A stretch of 64,000 nt of DNA, taken from assembly GCA_963740635.1 (NCBI GenBank), contig CAVUEQ010000001.1, positions 740,840 through 804,839 on the forward strand, given 5' to 3'. The DNA is from an uncultured bacterium (GTDB lineage Bacteria; Patescibacteriota; Saccharimonadia; UBA4664). Positions 38,962 through 46,870 of this stretch are shown piece by piece (positions within the stretch are counted from its first letter, which is position 1; each line of letters starts with the position of its first letter). The notes under the pieces were generated by a model. That model was not told where the DNA came from. It saw nothing but the letters and a program-made list of their open reading frames with translations, and searched no databases. The position numbers and the translations under genes are program-made.

Positions 38962-40421
38962 TTGCCCTCGGCCTTAGACGGTTCGTGCTTGGGGAAGAGC
39001 AGGCCGACGTCGGGGCGGGCCACGCCGCCGGCGAAGGTGGCCGCGATTTTCTGGGCGGTGGCCGGCATGAACGGCATGATCATGGTGGCAATTTGGTTGA
39101 GGTCGGCCACGGCGTGGTGCAGCACTTCGGCGAGCTGGTTGGTGTCGGGGCGCTTGCCACCAACGGCTAGCTCCCAGGGCTTCTCCTCTTCGAGGTACTG
39201 GTTCAGGCCGCGGATGAGCAGCCAGACTTCGGCGAGGGCCTTGTCGAAGCGCAGGGCAGTCATGGCCTCTTCGTACGGCCGAACGTCGTGGGAATGCTGC
39301 GGCAGGTCGCCGACGATGCCCTTGAAGTACTTGCCAAACATCACCTGCACGCGCTGCACGAGGTTGCCGAGGTCGTTGGCGAGGTCGGCGTTGTAGACCT
39401 GCTCCATGCGGTTCCAGGAGAAGTCGCCGTCGGCGTCGGAGGGAATTTCGCGCAGCAGGTAGTAGCGCAGGGCGTCCAGGCCGTATTTGGCGATGACGTC
39501 GGCCGGCGCCACCACGTTGCCGAGCGATTTGCTCATCTTGTGGCCTTCGCTCGAAATGAAGCCGTGGGCATAGATGGCCTTAGGAACCGGCAACCCGGCC
39601 GAAATCAACATCGCGGGCCAGAGGGCGGCGTGGAAGCGCGTGATGTCTTTGCCGATCACGTGAATATCGGCGGGCCAATAAGTGGTGAACTGCTTGGCTC
39701 CCAGGTCGGGGTAGCCCAAGGCGGAGATGTAATTGGTGAGGGCGTCGTACCACACATACATGACGTGGGTTTTGTCGTCGGGCACCTCAACCCCCCAGTC
39801 GAGCTGGCTTTTTTCGCGCGAGATACTGATGTCTTCGAGGCCGCGGTCGAGCAGGGCGAGCATCTCGTTGCGCCGCGAATCCGGATAGACCACCAGCTTA
39901 CCGGAGTTGATCAGCTCGCGGATTTGCTCGGTGTAAGCGCTTAGTTTGAAAAAGTAATTTTCCGCCTTCATATGCTCGAGGGGCTTTTTGTGGATGGGAC
40001 AGACGTGGTCCGGCACGTCGATGTCGGTGTAGAAAGCCTCGCAGCCGGTGCAGTACCAGCCCTCATAAGGCTGCTTGTAAATGTCTTTCTTGGTGGCGGC
40101 CCAGAGGGCCTGGGCGGCGGCTTTGTGTTTGGGGTCGGTAGTGCGAATGAACTGGTCGACCGAAACGTTGATCTCGCCGGTGAGGTCTTTGAAATGCTTG
40201 CTTACCTCGTCGACGTAGTCCTGCGGGGTAAGGCCTGCGGCCTCGGCGGCCTGCTTGTTTTTGTTGCCGTTTTCGTCGGTGCCGGTGAGAAACCAGACTT
40301 GGTCGCCGCGTTGGCGGTGATAGCGCGCCAGCACATCGGCCTGGATTAGCTCCATGGCATAGCCGATATGCGGGGCGGCGTTGGTGTAGGCGATGGATGT
40401 GGTGACGTAGAATTTGGCCAT
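38958..40421 (-). CDS. metG: Methionyl-tRNA synthetase.
   Basis: HIGH-class motif (NAAPHIGYAMELI). KMSKS as KMSKSLGN. Zinc knuckle CTGCEAFY...CPIH. Confidence 0.95.
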   Translation of the reverse strand: MAKFYVTTSIAYTNAAPHIGYAMELIQADVLARYHRQRGDQVWFLTGTDENGNKNKQAAEAAGLTPQDYVDEVSKHFKDLTGEINVSVDQFIRTTDPKHKAAAQALWAATKKDIYKQPYEGWYCTGCEAFYTDIDVPDHVCPIHKKPLEHMKAENYFFKLSAYTEQIRELINSGKLVVYPDSRRNEMLALLDRGLEDISISREKSQLDWGVEVPDDKTHVMYVWYDALTNYISALGYPDLGAKQFTTYWPADIHVIGKDITRFHAALWPAMLISAGLPVPKAIYAHGFISSEGHKMSKSLGNVVAPADVIAKYGLDALRYYLLREIPSDADGDFSWNRMEQVYNADLANDLGNLVQRVQVMFGKYFKGIVGDLPQHSHDVRPYEEAMTALRFDKALAEVWLLIRGLNQYLEEEKPWELAVGGKRPDTNQLAEVLHHAVADLNQIATMIMPFMPATAQKIAATFAGGVARPDVGLLFPKHEPSKAEGK

Positions 40422-40495
40422 CGTAAGGGTATCGTTAACTGCGTTATCGTAGCATAAATCTTATCCGGGCATCGACCCTTCGTCATGTATGTGTG

Positions 40496-40567
40496 TTTTT
40501 ATATCATATATGGGTTCCCGCAGATACCATATAAGGTATAAAAAACGTGATACACCTCGAAGGAGGC
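40496..40567. repeat. Conserved about 70-bp AT-rich palindromic element, copy 2 (upstream of metG).
   Basis: TTTTTATATCATATATGGGTTCCCGCAGATACCATATAAGGTATAAAAAACGTGATACACCTCGAAGGAGG. Confidence 0.6.
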
Positions 40568-40573
40568 TCGCCG

Positions 40574-41311
40574 TTACTGTCTTAATGCGCCGGGTGCGGG
40601 CGGGATTTTGGGTTTGGGTTGCTTGGTGGGCTTGATGAAGCGGTTCTTGAGCTTGCCGGCGGCGTTGACCAGGCGCAGGGCGACGGAGACCAGGAGCAAA
40701 GCGAGGGCAATGAGGCCGAGCTGGAGCGCAACTCCGTGCAAAGCGGTGGTGAGGAAGGGCGCGAGGGCGGTTTTAAGCGGGGCGGCGCCGGGCTGGTTGA
40801 GCAGGGAGAGGACGATGGTGGGCGTGAACCACATGAGGGCGGCGGACAGGCCGAGGCTAAACGCCGATTGCAACGTGGTACGGGCCAGCACCGGCAGGCG
40901 CTCGGCGCGCATGGTGAACAGAATCAGCAGCACGAGCACTACTACGAGCACAGGGGCTAGGAACGTGGCGGGCTGGATAGCCTTGAAGGTGTGCGAGATA
41001 GTGTCGTCGCCGGTGCCGAGGTTGAGAGTTTGGGGCTGGCCGCCGGGCGGAGTGAAGGTGGGGGCGGGGGTGCCCTTGGTGAGGTGGTCGATGAACGCGG
41101 GCAGCACCGCCTGCACCTGGTCGCGCAAGACCGACGGGTTGATGTCGGCGTCGGGGATGGAGGTGCTGAGGCTTTGGTAGAGCCCGCTTTGATCGGCCGC
41201 ACGTTCGAGGTAGGCGGGGCTGCCGAGAGTACGGCTGAGCACAAACGACCAGGCCGTAATGGTAATGACGAGCGTGAGCAGAAATGCCAGAACGTGGCCG
41301 ATGAATTTCAT
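40574..41311 (-). CDS. Hypothetical polytopic membrane protein.
   Basis: 245 aa, about 5 TMs. Overlaps ksgA by 4 nt. Confidence 0.5.
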   Translation of the reverse strand: MKFIGHVLAFLLTLVITITAWSFVLSRTLGSPAYLERAADQSGLYQSLSTSIPDADINPSVLRDQVQAVLPAFIDHLTKGTPAPTFTPPGGQPQTLNLGTGDDTISHTFKAIQPATFLAPVLVVVLVLLILFTMRAERLPVLARTTLQSAFSLGLSAALMWFTPTIVLSLLNQPGAAPLKTALAPFLTTALHGVALQLGLIALALLLVSVALRLVNAAGKLKNRFIKPTKQPKPKIPPAPGALRQ

Positions 41312-42138
41312 CCGAGGATTCCTTGTTTTTCGGTTAGGTTATAGAGGCGCTGCCAGGATTTGAGATCGAGCTCCTGGGCGCGCGCGGTGGGGGCAAGTTT
41401 GGCCTTGGCAATGAGCTCGACGGCTAGCCCGGGGCTGAGGTTGAGGCCGCCGGCGAGGGCGTTTTTGAGCTGCTTGCGCTTTTCGCCGAAGCCGGCCTTG
41501 ATGAGGCGGAACAGTACGGCGGGGTCGGCCGGGAAGGCGGGGCCGGTGAGGGTGACGCGCAGCACGGCCGAGTCGACTTCGGGCGCCGGCCAGAATTTAT
41601 GGCGCTCCACGATGCGCACGATTTCGGGCCGGCCGTAATACTGGACCGACAGCGCCAGGATGGACAGTTGGCCGGGCCGGGCGGTGATGCGTTCGGCTAC
41701 CTCACGCTGGATGAGGAGGCTCATGACCGACGGCGGGTTGGGGCTCTCGATGAGAGTCCGGAAGATTTTGGAGGTGAGGTAATACGGGATGTTGGCGATA
41801 ACTTTGTAACCGGGCGGCAGGGCGGTGAGGTCGAATTCCAAAAAATCCTGCTCCACGACCTCGAGGTTGGCGGGCGCATCGCGGCGCAGGAGGCCGGCCA
41901 GCACCTGGTCGGTTTCGACCGCGATGAGGCGGCCGGCCCGATCGGCCAGCGGGCGGGTCATGACGCCCAGGCCCGGGCCGATTTCTAGGACCGTGTCGGC
42001 TGGGTCTACGCGGGCCCCATCCATGACGGCCTGCAAGCTCGGCTTGTCGACCAGAAAGTGCTGTCCTAAGCCTTTATTTGGCTTAATGCCAGCTAGTTTG
42101 AGAGCAGTGCGAACGTCTTCGACGCGCGTGAGATCCAT
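41308..42138 (-). CDS. rsmA: 16S rRNA (adenine1518/1519-N6)-dimethyltransferase RsmA/KsgA. Start trimmed to the internal Met because the track N-terminus lies in a palindromic repeat.
   Basis: SAM motif LEIGPGLGVMT. N-terminus KGLGQHFLVD. Catalytic NIPY. Confidence 0.85.
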   Translation of the reverse strand: MDLTRVEDVRTALKLAGIKPNKGLGQHFLVDKPSLQAVMDGARVDPADTVLEIGPGLGVMTRPLADRAGRLIAVETDQVLAGLLRRDAPANLEVVEQDFLEFDLTALPPGYKVIANIPYYLTSKIFRTLIESPNPPSVMSLLIQREVAERITARPGQLSILALSVQYYGRPEIVRIVERHKFWPAPEVDSAVLRVTLTGPAFPADPAVLFRLIKAGFGEKRKQLKNALAGGLNLSPGLAVELIAKAKLAPTARAQELDLKSWQRLYNLTEKQGILG

Positions 42139-42185
42139 ATAAGAGGAGTGTAACATTAAATTTTTTTCGGGCTTATGCCCTGCAT

Positions 42186-42260
42186 GGTGTATGTGCCAAA
42201 TTGGGAGATAGGTTTCAAAATTGAGGCTAAATTTTCGAGCGATGTCCCAATTTGGCACAT
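42186..42260. repeat. Palindromic about 75-bp element with about 19-bp TIRs (ATGTGCCAAATTGGGAGAT / ATGTCCCAATTTGGCACAT), copy B, upstream of rsmA.
   Basis: ggtgtatgtgccaaattgggagataggtttcaaaattgaggctaaattttcgagcgatgtcccaatttggcacat. Related to 26115-26207 in inverted orientation. Confidence 0.6.
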
Positions 42261-43295
42261 TCAGGCTGCTGGGAGTGGGCCAGCGGGAGGAGTGGAAGCC
42301 GGAGTTGGAACCGCAGAAGTTGGTGGGGCCGGTGGAGCCGATGGGGCCGGGGCAAAAGGCGGGGCGGCGGGGGCGGGTGGGGCCGGGGGAGCCGCGGGCG
42401 CAGGCGGGGCCGGCGGCGGCGCAGGTGGGGCCGGCGGCGCGGCACCCATAGCCAGCAGCTGCGCCAAGGCGGTGCGGGTGCGGGCTACCGTGCCGGCAAT
42501 GTCGCCGCCGGCCTTGTTGATTTGCCAGGCCAACAGCGCCAGCATTTTGTAAGCCGCATAGACCTTAATGGTTTCAGGTTTACTGACCTGGAGCATGTGG
42601 TTCATGATTTGGGCGCTGGCTTCAGGTTGGTCCGCCAGCGAAAACCACAGCCCCACCAGGTCGATCAGCCGGTCGCCATAGCCGACCTGGTCCCAGTCGA
42701 GGACCGCGGAGATATTTTGCCCCTGGGTGAGCACCTGGTCGATGGTGAAGTCGCCGTGGACGAGGTCGCCCTTTTCCAACATCAGGTTGTCGAGGCCCAT
42801 CACCATGCCCTCGATTTGGGCGGCCAGCGAACTGGTTTCGGGCCCAAAGAGCATCAGCATGCGGACCAGGCTCCCCTCCCCTTTGAAGACGGCGCTTTGG
42901 ATGTACCAGCCCCAGTCTTGGCCCTGGACTTCGGAAATGGCCTTGCCTTTTTGGAGCTCGATGAGGTTAATGAGAGCCGTGACTTGCTCCGGAGTGGGCT
43001 TTTCGGTGGCCAGCCCGGGGAGTTCGTCCTCGAGCCAAAAGGTGCCGCGGTCGGTGGCGTCGATGTAGTAATAGGCGGGTACGGGGTAACCAAGCGGCCG
43101 GAGGTGCCCGGTGGCGGCTTTGGCGCGTTCTATCTGGGCTTTCCACATGGGATTATTGCTAGTTTTGAGTACGGCGCGAGCGCCGTCGGTGTTGGTAACG
43201 CGAAAGGCATGTTCGCCACCCGAAAACTGCGCCGTGAGCGTGTAGTTGGTGCCCTTGGCGGCGTTGATGTATTCGAGGGCTGAATTAGGGTCCAT
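42261..43295 (-). CDS. Aminoglycoside phosphotransferase (APH)/choline kinase-like protein kinase-fold enzyme with a C-terminal Pro/Ala-rich tail.
   Basis: Catalytic HGD (DLVHGDF) and DxD (LDWDQVGYGD) motifs. Tail APPAPPAPPPAPPAPAAPPAPPAP. Confidence 0.65.
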   Translation of the reverse strand: MDPNSALEYINAAKGTNYTLTAQFSGGEHAFRVTNTDGARAVLKTSNNPMWKAQIERAKAATGHLRPLGYPVPAYYYIDATDRGTFWLEDELPGLATEKPTPEQVTALINLIELQKGKAISEVQGQDWGWYIQSAVFKGEGSLVRMLMLFGPETSSLAAQIEGMVMGLDNLMLEKGDLVHGDFTIDQVLTQGQNISAVLDWDQVGYGDRLIDLVGLWFSLADQPEASAQIMNHMLQVSKPETIKVYAAYKMLALLAWQINKAGGDIAGTVARTRTALAQLLAMGAAPPAPPAPPPAPPAPAAPPAPPAPAAPPFAPAPSAPPAPPTSAVPTPASTPPAGPLPAA

Positions 43296-43365
43296 AGATT
43301 GATAGTAAGCTTAGGGGTTACGCTTGTAAAACGGTTCAAAGGTCAGCCGTAAGATATTGCTCAGG

Positions 43366-44535
43366 TTAATCGGCGATGCAGGGGCCGGTGCCGACGGCGG
43401 AATGCGATTTGGCTTGAGTGATGGCAGACATTATTTCGGGCGAGGTGAGGGCGTAGCCGACGTCGGGGTTGGTGGTGGAGGTGGCGAAGACGACGCCGAT
43501 GACAGCGCCGCCCTCGGTGACGAGCGGGCCGCCGGAGTTGCCGGGCCGCACCACGGCCTGCAGCACATAGATGTCGCGGTGGATGAGGCCGGTGTCGTAG
43601 ATGTCGCGGCCGACGGCGGTAAGCCGTGCGAGGATGGCGGCCGCGCCGGGGGTGAAGCTGCCGCCGCCGGGGTAGCCGAGCACGGCCGCGACCGTGCCGC
43701 GGGGTTCGTTGCGGGTGTCGAGCGGCAGCGGTGCGCCGGCCAGCCGGGTGGTGCGGAGCACGGCCAGGTCGAGGTCCGGGTCAAACCACACCACCGTGGC
43801 GGTGTGCCGGCCGGCCGAGTCGGTGATTTGCGGGCGGTCGATGCCGGCGACCACGTGGGCGTTGGTGGCCACGAGGCCACTGCCCACCACGAAGCCCGAG
43901 CCCTCCACGATGCCGCCGCAGCCCGCGCCTTCGACTTTGACGGTGGACTCGCGGGCGGCGGCCGCAGCGGCGTTGACGGCGGCGGCGTTGGGCCCCGTGA
44001 CCGGCGGGGCGGGCGTGGGTTCCAGGCCCGCGAACACCTGCGGGAAGCGGCCGGCGCCCACCAGGCGCTCAATGCGGGCCGTGACCTCCGGCGCCGGCGG
44101 CAGCACCTGGTCGAGGGCGGCGAGGATGCGCGAGCCGGCGACGTCGGTGGCCAGCTGCGGCCCGCCGGCCTGCCCAAAGGTGGCCGCCAGCAGCCAGACG
44201 GCCAGCAGGGTGCCGATGAACCCGAAGGCGGCGCCGAGCACGCCGTCGGCCTGGCCGAGGCCGGCGCGCTCGGTGAGGCCGCGGAAATGCTCGCCGACGG
44301 CCTCGCCAATCCCCGAGACCGTGAGCGCAATGGCAAAGAACAACATCAGGATCAGGAACGGCCGGCCGGGCGTGGGCGGCAAAATGCCGGCAATAAACGG
44401 GGCCAGGATAGCGCCGGCCAGCATTCCCACCACAAAGCCACCGATCGACCCGAGCTGACGCAGGAAGCCCGAGGCCACCCCGCGGACGGCCGCCGCTCCC
44501 ACTAAGACTATTATGAGGAAGTCGATAAAATTCAC
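43366..44535 (-). CDS. CvpA-family membrane domain fused to a trypsin-like (S1) serine protease (MarP-like).
   Basis: 4 N-terminal TMs. Protease His/Asp/Ser with GNSGGPLV. Catalytic HVV. Confidence 0.75.
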   Translation of the reverse strand: MNFIDFLIIVLVGAAAVRGVASGFLRQLGSIGGFVVGMLAGAILAPFIAGILPPTPGRPFLILMLFFAIALTVSGIGEAVGEHFRGLTERAGLGQADGVLGAAFGFIGTLLAVWLLAATFGQAGGPQLATDVAGSRILAALDQVLPPAPEVTARIERLVGAGRFPQVFAGLEPTPAPPVTGPNAAAVNAAAAAARESTVKVEGAGCGGIVEGSGFVVGSGLVATNAHVVAGIDRPQITDSAGRHTATVVWFDPDLDLAVLRTTRLAGAPLPLDTRNEPRGTVAAVLGYPGGGSFTPGAAAILARLTAVGRDIYDTGLIHRDIYVLQAVVRPGNSGGPLVTEGGAVIGVVFATSTTNPDVGYALTSPEIMSAITQAKSHSAVGTGPCIAD

Positions 44536-44581
44536 GTTGTAATTATACGCGCCTAGTTAGCGGCCCGGGCTGAGAAACAGC

Positions 44582-45793
44582 TTATTTACACTGCCAGGCT
44601 TTGGTGCCTTCGCGGGCCATCTTTTTGGCGGCCAACTGGATCTGGAGCGAGCCGTCGAAAATGTTGTCGTTGGTGCCGCCGGCCGAGCGCCAGGTAGAGG
44701 GCAGGAACTGGAACAGGCCGGTGGGGTGCTCGCCGTTAATCACGAAGGCTGACACATCAGTGGCGTTGCCGTGGGATTCACAGTTCATGATACGCAGCAT
44801 CATGTTGGGGTCGAGGCCCCAGACCGCGGCGGCGGCCTCCACCTGCGGGCGCCAGTATTCGACCGATCCGGCGAAGAAGACCTTGGTACCCTCGACGACC
44901 ACTTGGGTCACCGGAGCCGCCTCGCTGACGGTCTGGACGGCTTCGCGGGCGGTTTCGGCGCCGTCTTTGTAGTGGATGCGCCAGGTGACGGTTTTTTGGC
45001 CGTCGGCGCCGGCGGTTTTAACGGCGGTCTGGCCTTTGAGCACGGTGGGGTCGGGGATAACTTTGACCGGCCGCGGCAGCACCTGCGTGAGCGTAACGAC
45101 GGCCTCGGTGACGCGCGTGATTGAAACTGTTGTGCCGGCCACAACGGGCGAACTAATAGGCGTGGATAGCGTGTCCTTGGGACCAAGCACCACGCCACCG
45201 TCCTTGAGGGCCTCGCCGGTGGTGGCGGCCTGAGTGCGGATGAGGCGGTTTTGGCCGTCGACCTTGACGTTTAGAGGCTTGGCGCGGGTGACCACCACCT
45301 TCTCCCCCACCCCTCCGTCGTCGACAAAATCGGTGATGACCTCCGTGCGGAAGCGGTCTTCTGGGTAGAGCACGAGGCCGGCGGCCAAGGCGAGCAGGCG
45401 CGGGCTCTGGTAGGCGCTGCGGAGGCGGTAGGTCTGAGTGCCGTCCTCGACCAGCACGGGCCGGGCGCGGTAGACGTTGATATTGAACTGGCCCGTGGGC
45501 ACGCTGGAGGCGGGGGCGGGCTCCACCAGGTCGGCAGAGGCCAGCTTCACGCCGGCGCGGCGCAGCACGTCGCCGACGGTTTTGTCGTCGGCTGAGAGCA
45601 GGCGTGAACGCCCGTCGGCGTACAGCGAGATGAGGGCGTGCGCATCGGCGTTGGCGCCGGCCGTTACGGGCAGGCGGCCGGTGGAGGGGCCGAGGCTGAC
45701 TATGCTAATGAGGATGCCGATCGCCAGGAGGTTGCGGGGCCTTGCTGCAAGTTTCCGGTAGGCGGCGATGATCCGGCTGATACCGTGACGCAA
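44582..45793 (-). CDS. RpfB-like protein: TM, DUF348 repeats, G5 domain, and a C-terminal lytic transglycosylase-like domain.
   Basis: C-terminal WGLDPNMMLRIMNCESHGNATDVS...GLFQFLPSTW is a transglycosylase-like signature. G5-like segment upstream. Confidence 0.7.
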   Translation of the reverse strand: MRHGISRIIAAYRKLAARPRNLLAIGILISIVSLGPSTGRLPVTAGANADAHALISLYADGRSRLLSADDKTVGDVLRRAGVKLASADLVEPAPASSVPTGQFNINVYRARPVLVEDGTQTYRLRSAYQSPRLLALAAGLVLYPEDRFRTEVITDFVDDGGVGEKVVVTRAKPLNVKVDGQNRLIRTQAATTGEALKDGGVVLGPKDTLSTPISSPVVAGTTVSITRVTEAVVTLTQVLPRPVKVIPDPTVLKGQTAVKTAGADGQKTVTWRIHYKDGAETAREAVQTVSEAAPVTQVVVEGTKVFFAGSVEYWRPQVEAAAAVWGLDPNMMLRIMNCESHGNATDVSAFVINGEHPTGLFQFLPSTWRSAGGTNDNIFDGSLQIQLAAKKMAREGTKAWQCK

Positions 45794-46049
45794 AATAATC
45801 GTCTCTTTCGTTAATACGAAGCGACTTTTATTTCTCGTTGTTGGTTTTTGAGAACATGCTTATGGTAGCGCACTATCTGGAATGGGTCAAATTTTCTTCT
45901 AATGTACTCTGGTGCGGGGCGTGATGCTACCTGATGCTATTCTTTCGCCTGCGCGCTTTGTGGTAGTAGTCTTAAATTAGGACTTCGGGAAAATTTCTTG
46001 CTTTACTGGAGCCATTAATTTTTACAACAGTCTAAAGTTAGGACAACCT

Positions 46050-46085
46050 AATAAACGTCAAACGCCCGGCCAAAAATTTCGGCCG
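46050..46085 (-). terminator. Intrinsic terminator after pyrH.
   Basis: Minus strand CCGGCCGAAATTTTTGGCCGG hairpin followed by GCGTTTGACGTTTATT. Confidence 0.45.
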
Positions 46086-46100
46086 GTGGTTTTGGCTAGC

Positions 46101-46823
46101 TTAGCCGACTTTGGTGCCGACGTTCTGGCCTTCGATGACGCGGCGGATGTTGCCGTGGGTGAGCAGGTCGAAGACGACGATGGGCAGTGAATTGTCCATG
46201 GCGAGCGAGATGGCGGCGTTGTCCATGACGTTGATTTCGGGGTCGGTGAGGACCTTGTCGAAGGTGAGGTTGTCGTGCTTCTTGGCGCCTGGGTGCTTGG
46301 CGGGGTCTTTGTCGAAGACGCCGGCGACCTTGGTGGCCTTCAGTACCAGCTCGCAGTCCAGCTCGAGGGCGGTGGTGACGGCGGCGGTGTCGGTGGTGAC
46401 GTAGGGGTTGCCGGTGCCGCCCGCGACAACCACTACCCTGCCCTTCTCCAGATGGCGCAGGCCCCGGCGGCGGATGTAGGGCTCGGCGACGGAGTCGGCG
46501 CGCAGGCGGGTAGTGAGGCGGGCCGGGACGCCGGTGGCTTCGAGGATGTCGACGAGCGCCATGCCGTTGATGAGCGTGGCGAGCATGCCCATGTAATCGC
46601 CGGTGGCGCGCTCGATGCCGGATTTGGCCACGGAGGCGCCGCGCATAATGTTGCCGCCGCCCACTATGATCGCCAGCTGGACATTGGTGGCCGCGATGGT
46701 CTCGGCCAGTTCTTTGGCCAGGCGGTTGACGAACACCGGGTCAATACCGTTTTCGCGCTCGCCGGCAAATTGCTCACCGGAGAGTTTGAGCAGGACGCGC
46801 TTGTGGGTTTGCGGGTTTGACAT
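46101..46823 (-). CDS. pyrH: UMP kinase.
   Basis: RVLLKLSGE...IVGGGNIMRG and the conserved PyrH fold. 240 aa. Confidence 0.9.
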   Translation of the reverse strand: MSNPQTHKRVLLKLSGEQFAGERENGIDPVFVNRLAKELAETIAATNVQLAIIVGGGNIMRGASVAKSGIERATGDYMGMLATLINGMALVDILEATGVPARLTTRLRADSVAEPYIRRRGLRHLEKGRVVVVAGGTGNPYVTTDTAAVTTALELDCELVLKATKVAGVFDKDPAKHPGAKKHDNLTFDKVLTDPEINVMDNAAISLAMDNSLPIVVFDLLTHGNIRRVIEGQNVGTKVG

Positions 46824-46870
46824 TGCTGTTAATAGTAGCGCAACTCGATTGGTTGCTCAATGGCGGTGGG

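Noticed and set aside
41308-42258. Track N-terminus of KsgA (MPNWDIARKFSLNFETYLPIWHIHHAG...).
   Set aside because: The first about 40 codons lie inside the palindromic repeat element and do not resemble KsgA N-termini. An internal Met preceding KGLGQHFLVD is the likely start.
42175-43283. Plus-strand ORFs 42175..42552 and 42252..43283 overlapping the APH-like gene and the ksgA upstream region.
   Set aside because: The first is generated by a palindromic repeat, so the PNWEI peptide encoded on both strands is an artefact, plus the antisense of the Pro/Ala tail. The second is a Gly/Arg-rich antisense ORF.
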